From the NCBI GenBank assembly GCA_051362555.1, contig CM120646.1, positions 10,788,001-10,852,000 on the forward strand: a stretch of 64,000 nucleotides of DNA, in the 5' to 3' direction. Under the pieces are notes generated by a model. That model was given only the letters and a program-made list of their open reading frames with translations. It did no database searches and was not told where the DNA came from. The DNA is from Lingula anatina (lineage: Eukaryota; Animalia; Brachiopoda). A program made the position numbers and the translations under genes. Positions 53,103-64,000 of the stretch are shown in pieces. How positions within the stretch are numbered: position 1 is the stretch's first letter; each line of letters starts with the position of its first letter.

Positions 53103-53190
53103 CAACACCACCACCACCACCACCACCACCACCAACAACAACAATAATAATAATAATAATAATAATAATTACTATTATTGTTGTTGTTGT
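53103..53190. repeat. Compound microsatellite (CAC)n(CAA)n(AAT)n...(TTG)n
   Basis: Direct reading. Confidence 0.9.
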
Positions 53191-54770
53191 CAAAAGCGAA
53201 GCAAAGGTCTGGGATGCTTATAGTAGGCCAACCTCGCATAACACCTATATAAGTGCCTGAAAATTCCTCTACAAATGTATCCCACAGGTAGCTATTAACT
53301 ACAAATTCTCCCCTCCTCTCCCCACCCCAACTCTCTCCCTCCAACCGGTTTCAGTGACCGTTAACTATAGTATGAAGGTATGTTTAACAAACCAGTGGCG
53401 CTCTCGGCTGTCACACATAATGCGCCCAGTGGTCACTCTGACAAGGACACTGCATATGTAGGACACGATTTGAGCCGCCTGGATGATCACTGACCGATCG
53501 CAGCAAACCTTCTGTAGCTCTTACATTTACTTTTCATGGGTTAGATTTTTGCACGCATATAGACTTGGATGTTTTATGAACAGGTAAACGTTGAAAGATA
53601 TCTGGGATATATCACGGACGTTTTCGTGTTCCAGGATATGAAGTAGCTATAGGTCGACAGTTGTCATGTGTCATAAAATCGGCCTCCAGGCAAGTACAGG
53701 TATGTGTTTACAGTCGTGCGGTTTGAGCATGTTTATGTATACGTTATTTACTTTAACATATCTCTGATTTAAAAATCAATAGAAAAGCTGCACGGTGGAT
53801 AAAGATGCGAGTGCAGAAAATACGGATTTGTATGCTTATATACATGTACAACCGCCACGCCCATTATAACTCCTCAGGTTACACAGGAGCATTATAATTT
53901 CTACAAGTAGGTATGAATACATGCCCCATATACAATTGTTGTGGACTTTTAGTTCTCTTACGAAGGACTCCTGAAAACGTGGGCATGAGTCCTGTGAGTA
54001 GGTGTTTGTTTCTTCGATACGTTGTAATAATGGCCTAGTACACGCAAATTAAGCTACTTACTGGACAAGACGAACAGGGATGGTTAAAAGTTGCCTGTTT
54101 CTTTACAAGTGACTAATTTTTCCTTACTTAGGCTATAGTCAACGTTTACCCATGTAGATAAGATACACAAGGGAAGGAAGTGCCGAGTGCAGACGCCCAG
54201 CCTCGTATTATGTGGGTGTTTACGGGCTTTTATCAAAAATATTTTATATGGGATAGAAGAGGAGTGTCCTTCTAGATCTTCGCCCTACTGCACTGGTATA
54301 GTGTATATTCAGGTTCTTTACTTTTACTGACATCAAATCATTAAGAGAGAGTTTCACTACTACTGGTATATTACCACACCCTGCCAACTCCAGGTGTATA
54401 GGACGTACACTGTATGCAGCAAATCAACAGGTAACATATTGTGAACGGTTTCACCCGCCACTTGAGCCATATACAGTACTTTGTAAGCTATTATGAACAT
54501 GTCTGTTCTAAGAAACATATGTGAATACCATAGACTAACTGAAATGTAAAACCGTAATTGGATCTTCCTGTCAACTTATTTTACTCAAAGGGTTCTAATT
54601 CAGCGACTTCAGGGCTCTCCCTCTCTTTTTCACTCTTTGGATAACTTTTTACTCTTAACTATTTATTCGATTGCTATTTAAAATCCTGTATAGAAATCAT
54701 TCTTAACATTTTTTGCTTTCCAGGATCATACGCCTATTGTTTAACCAAACTTACAATTTCTTAATTTCAG

Positions 54771-54920
54771 TTTCTGGCATTTCCATTTGCTATGCTCCAC
54801 CCCGCCGTTTCCCCTCTGGAAATGACGTCATCAAGTTGGCTGGGTTCCCTTACCGAGAACGATGCTGGATTGTACTTAGATTCTGGATTACAGCTGATAT
54901 TTGGAGGGATACCTTGGCAG
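54771..54920 (+). CDS. SLC5A7: High-affinity choline transporter (SLC5A7/CHT1-like) internal exon
   Basis: ttcag|FLAFPFAMLHPAV...WLGSL...LDSGLQLIFGGIPWQ|gtta; matches the CHT1 segment WISVPFALSHPAV...LGGIPWQ. Confidence 0.93.
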
Positions 54921-55150
54921 GTTAATACAATAAAGGGGTCTAGAATAGACTTCTTTATTTGCTTGTCTCAATTTATGCAACTGTGCTCTTCTCCGAAAAA
55001 AAAAAAAAAAAAAAAAAACACAGGCCATAGTATAGAACCGAGAAATTTCACAAAATCTGAAAAAAGCAACAAAAAATTCAAGAACTATGGAATCAACATC
55101 CTTATCAAATATTTCCTTTCCGCCTTTAAATTATACTTTTCGTTATCCAG

Positions 55151-55280
55151 GTATACTTTCAACGAGTGCTATCTGCAAGGACAGTGGGTCAGGCTAAATG
55201 GTTATCTATTGTAGCTGGCTTTTTCTGTTTGGTGTGTGCTGTTCCAGCTGTAATGATTGGAGCCATTGGAGCCTCAACAA
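55151..55280 (+). CDS. SLC5A7: SLC5A7-like internal exon
   Basis: ccag|[43 protein letters not shown]|gtaagt, with a phase-1 donor; matches YFQRVLS...IGAIGAST. Confidence 0.95.
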
Positions 55281-55713
55281 GTAAGTCGCACAACTTGGTG
55301 TTAGGACGAATTACGTTTAACAGGGCTACAGTATGCTATCGGAGAATTGACAGAAAAAGTATAATATAACATATTCTCTACTTATATGCTTATACTAAGT
55401 ACGTCACAAATTATGTCCCTTGTTTTAGAGTTTATTAACCGAGGTATTTGGCAAAGCAAAATGGTTGCTTGGTCAAATGAGAAAACCGCTCAATTTTTTT
55501 TTTATTTCTGTGGATGAAATAAGCAAAAAAGGTAGACTTTTCCATAAAGGATATACTTTGTGATCTGTTTAAATACAAGAGCTGCTTTAAGCGTACTAGT
55601 TCGGTTCGATTCAACAATTCTAACTCGTTTGACAGCTAATTTCCTTTAATTTTCCCCCAATCGTGTGGCAACATTCCCAACTTTTTCAACTTCTTCTCTT
55701 CCATTTATTTCAG

Positions 55714-55955
55714 ATTGGACAGAGACTGCTTACGTCGATGTTTACAATCAGACTACAGTCCCTTCAGAAGAATACAAGAACATCTTGCCGCTTGTCTTGC
55801 AGTACCTTACGCCCCCTGCCGTCTCCTTCATAGGCCTTGGAGCTGTCTCCGCCGCTGTGATGTCATCTACTGACTCCGCCATTTTGTCCATGAGCTCACT
55901 CTTTTCTCACAATGTGTACAGACCACTGAGGAAGTTCCTGTGTCGCGGAAAGAAG
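55714..55955 (+). CDS. SLC5A7: SLC5A7-like internal exon (probable GC donor)
   Basis: ttcag|(N)WTETAY...ILPLVLQYLTP...GLGAVSAAVMSSTDSAILS...RGKK|gcatgt; contains the sodium:solute symporter signature SAAVMSS.DS. Confidence 0.92.
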
Positions 55956-56356
55956 GCATGTTTTTTAATGTGTGCCATCCACGTTTTTTAATTGCTTTGG
56001 TTGATACCATTTATCGCAGCTACTGCATTTTTTGTTACTGTGAATTAAAGTACTCCTCATGTTAGGACCTGACTTGAAACAAGATGCTTAGCGACGGCAT
56101 TTTTCTGTATCAGCAAAAATAACCCATGCTACGAACTTTAAGTATTAAAATGTTATTATCAAGGTCTGCGTATAATGCATAGCATACAAAGTTCCAGCTG
56201 TAACAATTTTATTATCATTAGTTACAATTACGTAAAGCAATTAATTCACAGTGAAATGCGTTGATTAGCGCAATGGTAAATTCAAATGTGCATAATAGTG
56301 CCATTGTATCTCATTAATGAAAACTTTAAAACTATCAATGGTAATTTGTATTCTAG

Positions 56357-56556
56357 GCCTCGGAGCTGGAGGTTGTGTGGTTCATGCGTGTGGCAGTGGT
56401 AGTGTTTGGGGCCGTGGCTACAGTGATGGCGATCTACATCACCTCAATATACGCTCTGTGGTTCTTGTGTTCTGACTTTGTCTACGTCATCCTTTTCCCC
56501 CAACTTGTATGTGTGATATTCCTCAAGCAGGCCAATATGTATGGAGCTTTGACTGG
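56357..56556 (+). CDS. SLC5A7: SLC5A7-like internal exon
   Basis: ctag|[11 protein letters not shown]...[19 protein letters not shown]...NMYGALTG|gtaggt, with a phase-2 donor. Confidence 0.94.
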
Positions 56557-56794
56557 GTAGGTTATGAACTTCGTGCATCTTTGATTACCATTGTGCCACC
56601 TGCTAAATATACGCAAGGAGGTCAGAGGGGGGAAAAAACCCTCACCCTCTCGAATGTATTGTTAGGTCAACTTTAAATCTCCACTGTCCTTTTGACTAAG
56701 TCAAATAAGTAGTTGCAGAAGCCATCGTAATGACTATGTAATGGTATTAATTATTTTCCTAGCCGGAATGTAAAGCAGTTATTTCATATTTCAG

Positions 56795-57149
56795 GTACAT
56801 TATCGGCTGGATCCTTCGTCTTGGAGGTGGGGAAGCGACATTTAATCTTGCCGCGTTTATACTATACCCATGGTACGACTTTGAGAACAGCGCTCAAAGA
56901 TTTCCCTTCAAAACGTTCAGCATGCTTGTCAGTTTCCTCTCCATAGTGATAGTGTCGTTGATATTCCACGTGCTTTTTGCACGGGAAATTTTGCCAAAAA
57001 GGTATGACTTTTTTGCCACCTGCATACCGAAACCGGAAGAAGAGCTGGAAGATGGAGAAGAAATGGACGGACCGGAAAAGACAGGCCTTTCGAATTTGGG
57101 CTACAATACAGAAGAACAGGCGAAACAAGAGAACAATACCAAATTATGA
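56795..57149 (+). CDS. SLC5A7: SLC5A7-like last coding exon
   Basis: ttcag|YIIGWILRLGGGE...QRFPFKTFSML...NNTKL*; matches the CHT1 motifs LRITGGEP and QKFPFKTLAM. Confidence 0.94.
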
Positions 57150-57441
57150 TTACAAAACAATCCAGCTTGATATAGCTCCAATTTATTGAAACTGTCATGA
57201 ATTGTGACTTACTCTCAGTTTATAGGGAACTGCTGTCAAATTCATGATCACAAAATGTCAAAATCTTATGAAGGGCATTATAAGTACGGGTATTCCAGGT
57301 AATTTTAATTATCAGTTGTGAATTCCTTTTTTAGGTTCTACTTTTAAGTATATATATCCCCATGTAGACCCAGTGAAAGAGCTGTATTGCTTGGACTGCA
57401 GAGAATATATTTTATTTTTATTCTATATTTGTAATTTAGAT

Positions 57442-57447
57442 AATAAA
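57442..57447 (+). terminator. Candidate polyadenylation signal of the SLC5A7-like gene
   Basis: AATAAA ~290 bp after the stop codon; weak evidence in AT-rich DNA. Confidence 0.3.
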
Positions 57448-58146
57448 AATATCAGAAACAAGGCGTTTTAGCGAAAAACAAAAGTTTGAAAACAGTACAG
57501 AAGAAAAACGGTATAAATATTGCGAAAGGCACGGGTGCTGTAGACTGCGGTTTGTGCATAAAATTTTAACTTAAAAAACGATATGTACATGAATGCTAGT
57601 TAAGTTATATAGTATAAAGGTATTAATTCCTTAGAATTAAAAAAAATGCATGACGACCTACACTTTGACCCTACACGCTTTATTTTAAAGCTATTCCCTC
57701 CCGACGTTACACACACGTTGCAAACCCTTTCGTAACCTATTGACCGCCCCAAAAATACCAAGGTGACGTGCTTACCGGCTACTTGCCCTCGCGCCAAACC
57801 GGTTTTCACATACAGTTGAAAAAGAATGGGTAGTTGTGTCATAAAAAAGTATAAAGGCAGGTATTTTTACTTAAATCTTGGCCTATTAATACTTAGCCGA
57901 CTAGGCTGAGTTTCACAAAGAATCTTTAAGGTCATTTACCTCGTTTTTTCGGCATGTAATAGTCTTGAAAGAAGTCTTGAAAGAAGTTTACTTCCAGTGA
58001 CAACAACAGTCCACTGATGTGTGTCAAATACATTAATCGTGGGCCAATCATTCTTAAAGGAACTGTCCACGCGTCTGAAAAACCCCACCTGTAAAGCTTC
58101 TTATATTTCCCAATTCAGACCCCAGAGACGATAAAACCATTGGAAT

Positions 58147-58549
58147 ACTAGAAAAGCACTCAGAGAGCGCAGACCTCCGCCAATGCAGCTCAGTTCCCCC
58201 TATCATACTATCTCGAACTTCTTTCTTGTTTGAGGAGACAATAATACTTCTCAGCAACAATACTTCTCTTTAAAGCATTTTATTTCGTTTCTTCAAATCA
58301 TAATGAAATCAGCCATCATAACAAAAAATAGACTATATATAAAGAATCCTTTAAAAAATCCTGGATCCAGACGGTGATCCAGATCACCACCAAAAACTAA
58401 ACACTACCAAGTTAACCCATTTCTGACCTACCCTGAAAATTCCATCGAAATTCATCCATAACTTTTTGAGTTATGTTGATGACAAACAGACAGACTGACA
58501 AACAAACAAACAAACAGGGGTGAAAACATAACCTCCTTGGCGGAGGTAA
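58147..58549 (-). mobile_element. HINE/DINE-1-like element, same family as 50292-50615, opposite orientation
   Basis: ACTAGAAAAGCACTCAGAGAGCGCAGACCTCCGCCAA at the left, (ACAG/ACAA)n internally, and AACATAACCTCCTTGGCGGAGGTAA at the right. Confidence 0.82.
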
Positions 58550-60106
58550 TTATCTCCTCACCCTATACAAAAATTTGGGAGTAGTAGAAAATTGCTCCTT
58601 GATATACCCCCCCCCCCAAAAAAAAAAAAAAAAAAAAAAATGGCAGGTACATCCCGGCCGCGGGTAGAGAACCTTTAAAAGATTATACTCTAATTTTGCA
58701 TAATCAAATCTGCGTAGTCAGCTTTCCGATTTTTACAGCCCGAGTGGATAAAAACATCACGAGCTTTAAAAAAGACTATTTTTTCCAAGATTAACCAAAA
58801 TGTTTTCGTCTTTTTCCAGGCTGATCTCTGTCCGGTTGCTGATTGCATTATAATCTCCACAGCAGAATTTACCAAGTTAAAACTTCTGTGCACCCGAGAC
58901 ACTACTAGGCAGGAGCAAAATGCGAATTTTCATGGATAATTTTGACGCTGTCCGAGTTTAGAATGTGGGACTTTTTTGCCCCCAGGCAATAACATGACTA
59001 AGGTATATATTCATATGAATCTCCTTTAATGTATCTCAGTCATGTTCTTGCCAAGCTTAAGGACTACTAATTTACCGTAAACACGGAAAATACATTGTCA
59101 GTCTATGTGCACTTTTCTATGCACGTTTTGTGATAATACCGCGGTTATGCGTTTACGCTATCAGAATAATTTAACATCATAATGGATTTGTTGAGATGTA
59201 GACTGAATAGAAGTAGGCGTGTCGTGTCCTAAGGTTTCTTCCCTACTTTTTATTGCGTTCTGATTCACATAGAATCAGCGGCACAGGTGAACGGGTCCTC
59301 TTTAGCAAGTGGATGATATTTCGAGCTACAAGTTAAGATTACAAGCACAAATCATACTGTGAGTAAGTACTAATTCCCTACAAATAATGCGTGTGTGAAT
59401 ATATTTTAAATGGAACATAGATCAAACGTGACAATTCAGTGAAAAATGCAGTCATTGTTGTTTCTTTTTGTTTCGAGGTAAGTTACAGATGAAGCAAGAG
59501 TTAATACCCTGTTACTTATGAGAGAAGAATTTCATCAGCTATGCTATTAGGATACATTTAATAGATTTTTTTTCAATTTACAGCTTAATATTGGAATTGT
59601 TTACCTCCAATATTTCTGTAACTTATATATATTATTAATATAAGTTTCATACACGTGCAATAAAAAAAGGAAACCTGAAATTAATTTCACCTGCATCTGC
59701 AAAAGGTTTAATATGTGCATTTCCGTCAAAATTATGGTAGTAAAATTGACCTACTTACATGTATTTGGCCTAGTTTGCACGTAAACCACAGCTGAAAATA
59801 AGCAGAAAAAATATGTGCAAATATCGTTTTTCTGGAAATTGTGTATTATTTCTTAAAGTTATGCTACTTGACACACAATTTGGTGTACTTTAACAGGAAT
59901 AATTTGATATACACTGCTAGAACTTGCTTATAACAGTCAGCGAGGAGAACCGCGGCAATCCCTAACTACTAGATGTGTTCATACCCTTAAGGTCAAGCTG
60001 CATTGACGTATACCTGTAACCACAGGTGACTGAGATTTGACGTGGCCTTCGTGAATAAAATCCTTGTTTTGAATATCATCGTGAACGCAATCAAATTGAA
60101 AATTAA

Positions 60107-60449
60107 AGGCACACTCCATGGGTTTGAAAATCCCCAAAATGCTTATTTTTTTGCCATCACCAGCTACTTATAAAACCTTACTTAAACCTTTAAAAATTTT
60201 TAATGCCTTAAGTATTTTTTCTGTAGGTTATCTGATGTTGATATTTCCATTGGAGCTTATATGAAAATGGTCGCTATTATAGTGACTGGCCAGTCATTTT
60301 AAGCTAAAATCAACTTTTATTAATTTGATCAAATGTCAAATCCAAATGCAGTGAGAAATAGACACATGTACATGATTTGTGAGTACGAGAAAATGCTTAT
60401 TTTCCCCGGGAAGATCTATACTTGTGGTTAAATCTCATAGAGTGTACCT
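60107..60449. mobile_element. TTAA-flanked MITE (Kolobok-like)
   Basis: TTAA|AGGCACACTCCATGGGTTT at the left and AAATCTCATAGAGTGTACCT|TTAA at the right. Confidence 0.7.
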
Positions 60450-61087
60450 TTAAGTGAAATTACTTATTGTTCAATAATAAGATTTTTTATTAGTTTTAAC
60501 TAAAATAAACTATACCAATATTAAATAACGCTGTGTCAAATTTCGGGGATTTGCATGGCAAACCTTAATGTTAGTGTTACCACAATTGAGGAACTGAAGA
60601 CAGGATTTTCACACTGACTCAGTTGCATATAATGAGTTTTTGAAAATGCATTACTTCTTGTTCACTATAAGTTTAACAGACAACAAGCCCTAAATCAGAA
60701 CAAACAGGATGATAAATGAGTACATGTACCTTTATATATTATCAAAGTTGACCGGAGAGAGCAGCGACCCATGTCCTTGAGATCATCATCATTATCGGCA
60801 CACTCCACAAATTTCACCTTAGGGACAACCATTAAAATTGAGAAAATATATACCAGAAGCGGATTCAAGCCTTTTTTTAACAGGCTCCTATTGACCTTGA
60901 AATACGACTCGCCGCGGGCCTTGCTTAAAGTTTTTATCTGTTAATGGCCAGCTACCAGCCACCTACATTATTTCAACAAGACGCAAGAGAGTCATAGAAT
61001 TTTGAAAGACAAGAAGTCAGGTTACAAATATTTTTTCAAAATATTTAGACGGAAAATATAGCCGTTATGAAGGGGATTTATTGGATA

Positions 61088-61364
61088 CACACCAAGAGAT
61101 GCTATGTGACCGTGGTGATATTCGTTTTTATGTGTGTTTTAGGTGAAATGAAGAACTTAATGTCTGTCAAATAAAACACTGTCACCATTTCACGATATAA
61201 GCCTTGAACACTTCGAGCGTCACCAAGACAGGTGCTCAAAGCACTTATCGCGTGAGGTGACAGTGTATTATTTGACATGCATACCAAGAGAAAGTATTCG
61301 TATTTCACCGGGAAACAACCCTATGCCGAATAAAGCGTACGGTCACATAGCATCTCTAGGTGCG
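61088..61364. mobile_element. TA-flanked MITE (Tc1/mariner-type)
   Basis: TA|CACACCAAGAGATGCTATGTGACCGT at the left and ACGGTCACATAGCATCTCTAGGTGCG|TA at the right (26 bp, 2 mismatches). Confidence 0.8.
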
Positions 61365-61468
61365 TAAAAAGTAAATAGTCGCGGCTATGGCGTCTCAGGG
61401 CCTTTTCTGTGACAATACCTGCTCAGAATACGTACTGATGGTGCAGACAAATGCCCTCGTTCAGTTAA

Positions 61469-62589
61469 ATCTGGGTCACCCTACGCTTGCAACGTTTTGG
61501 CAACCTCTTTGCAACCACAGAATCTTGCAGTACGGTATCTGCAGTCTCTGAAGACCACCTTCATGCCACAGGTTAGCAGTTGCACGCCGTTTGACGAGCG
61601 ATACACAAACTGTCAGTAACCAAAACCGGTTGCAGGACTGTAGCAATCGATTGCTGACTGGTTACCACAAGTCGCATAGATCATTTAAGTTACAAACTTA
61701 TCACGGTAGCTGCTTTCACATCAGTTCCCCTCTCAAAATACAGGAAAACGTCCTGGTAAAATGACACCTTCACTAAGAGCAGGGAACGTTTTGGCTATAC
61801 TGTAATACTTGGAAGTCCAGTTAGTTTTTTGGCGTATTTATCTTATTTTACGATTGTGAGAAAACAAACTTTACTATAGCTAAATATCAAATCCGTATTG
61901 AAACCAACACAGCAATCACAATAATTATAAATTTGAACCTTCTTTAAGCCTTGTTAATCTTCACATATCCTTTAATGATATTTTGCATCAATACATGTAT
62001 TTGGTCTCTTTGAGGTCGCAGGCCCTTTGGGGTTACGATCACACTGAATTTAAAACTTCCTTGCAACTATCACCGGTTGCAAAATGGTCGGCGACCGGTT
62101 GCTACAACTCGCAAAGTGATTTCTAAAAGAACGCCCGGTAAATATCTAGTGTCTATGTTTAGAAAACATGCATTACAAAATGTGAAAAAATAGTCTACGC
62201 CAAAAGAGGCCATAATCCTACGCCTACTTTATTGCGGTCGCTTGCAACCTTCTGGCGACCTGCTGCCGACTTCTTGCGACTGGTTAGAGATTTGTAAGCG
62301 ACTGAGCGACAAAAGGCCGTCAATCGACCTTGCATTTAAAAGTGGTATGCCACTGGTTTTAGCCTGGTTACAGCGACCTACTGGCAACCAAGAAGAGACC
62401 GATAGGCAACCTTTGGGATATCTCCAGTCGCATTGGTTGTCGGTGCACAAAAATGGCCCTCATGTGCCAACGATCGCTTGCTACCAGTTTGCAACCTTAT
62501 GCGGCAACTTAAAAACCTATGGCAATCTCCTTGCAAATGAGGTTGCAAAAAGGCTGCAAAAGGGTTGCAAGCGCATTGTGAGCCAGGCT
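61469..62589. mobile_element. Non-autonomous DNA transposon with GCAACC/GCGAC-rich subterminal repeats
   Basis: Imperfect TIRs CTGGGTCACCCTACGCTTGCAACGTTTTGGCAACC and GGCTGCAAAAGGGTTGCAAGCGCATTGTGAGCCAG, TTAA at both ends, and many TTGCAAC/GTCGC motifs. Confidence 0.62.
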
Positions 62590-63852
62590 TTAAAAACACC
62601 CGTGTAACGAAACTGAGAGTCCGTGTAACAGAAAGTCCGCCCTGCATTTAGTTATAATGGTTAGGGTTAGCCTGATCTAAGTGGATCAAAATCTAGGACA
62701 AGGCTTACCTGTATAAATGACCGGTGTGGCAGGAATGGTAGACCTGTGATTGGAAGTCCAGGCTCCCATATGATTAGTACAGGCCAGGGTTAGTCGGAGT
62801 ATTGGGATTATTATATGGGACAAATGTAACCTGTACAAAGAAATGGGGAACAGACTACGGTTCTTAGCGGACTATCAATCCTGCTACACCGGTCCACTGT
62901 TATGATATGGTAGGCCTACGTAGCAGTTGTGAAAATCACACTTGGGACGCTTAAAATCCGAAATTGCTACCCACAGCTTTTCAGAAACACTTACGTGTTT
63001 AGTGGAAACAAGATTGATGTTATATAGATGCCCCAGTTCTCAGAGCACTTGTGGAAGTCACGCACGTCTTGTTGACGAGTACGTGACTTAAGCCACGAAA
63101 CTGAGATTATATATTACATAGATTACATTTACACGGGTGCCGTACTATGAAATTGTCCGTACGATTTTTTTTTAAGACGCCGTGAGAAAAGGGTATTACG
63201 GACAGTATACATGTACGTGCACCGCACGGGCATAGCATTTCAAATGTAATCTAGTCTTTATCTGAGATACGTCATATTGTGTCAAGAACTGAAGACTCAA
63301 GCATGCATGACATGGCTTCATGGGAGATACGGCACGTTTGGGTCTTTGGTTTCGCTACCCGTCTTATAATTTTTTACAGTTTTTTTTTTGACAGCTGCGA
63401 CTCCTCAAGATGGGGAACCATTGTATATCTATGTGTTTTCACCAGTTCAATTACACATTGAATTTTGACCATCACTTTAGTAATAATGCATTGGAAATGG
63501 AAAATGATAATTACGCTGAGTAGACATGGTTAGACCTTCATCGTCGTATTATGCTCTTGTTTGCTGTGTTTATTTACTGTGAGCAGAAATTTAAAAAAAA
63601 TCAACTAATCTTTTTAAATCTTTTTAATTAAAATTAGATATGTCGTATTTCAAAATGTTAATGATTAAAAGTGTAGGGTAATCGATTGCTTCACCCCCTT
63701 CTCTCTCTGAGAGAATTTCTTTTCCCGTTCTTATATTTTCTGTCTAACATTAATTAAAATATTCTTAAAATATTCTTATGCTTTCCAGGACCAATGATAG
63801 ACCTACCTAGCTTAATAAGGAGATAAAAACAGGAAAAGTCATAGAAATCATC

Positions 63853-64000
63853 ATGGTCGACGGCGTGATAAATATCTGGGGTCTGGTGGCCATTATAATA
63901 TTCTACGTCATCATCTTCATCATCGGAATAGTGGCTGGAAGAAAGTCTAAGAGTTTTGGCAAAAAAGCACAAACAACAGAACTAATTCTAGCAGGGAGAA
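63853..64000 (+). CDS. SLC5A7: First coding exon of a second SLC5A7/CHT1-like gene (runs off the window)
   Basis: MVDGVINIWGLVAIIIFYVIIFIIGIVAGRKSKSFGKKAQTTELILAGR matches the CHT1 N-terminus ([20 protein letters not shown]...IVGGR). An acceptor ttccag ends at 63788 and an in-frame stop lies upstream. Confidence 0.9.
   Translation, partial: MVDGVINIWGLVAIIIFYVIIFIIGIVAGRKSKSFGKKAQTTELILAGR

Noticed and set aside
53033-53344. Poly-N/Y/C/W ORF
   Set aside because: Translation of a compound microsatellite.
62229-62647. Three overlapping 73-121 aa ORFs
   Set aside because: They lie in the motif-rich subterminal region of a non-autonomous transposon and show no protein motif.

Overview
AT-rich animal genomic DNA, probably from a marine invertebrate such as an echinoderm or hemichordate (inferred from the gene and transposon types). 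Bases 1-~25,400 are a composite tandem array: ~194-bp monomers interrupted every 3-15 units by a ~400-bp exon-like cassette. An older, degenerate related repeat follows at ~26.5-27.9 kb. The middle of the window holds decayed transposons: LINE remnants, tRNA-derived fragments, many MITEs, and a Tc1/mariner element containing a young gag-only LTR element. It also holds an orphan single-pass membrane protein ORF (45,393-45,887, minus strand). The right end has the last five coding exons of an SLC5A7/CHT1-like choline transporter gene (54,771-57,149, one probable GC-AG intron) and the first coding exon of a second copy in tandem (63,853 to the window end). All calls were made by eye; no alignments or database searches were run.
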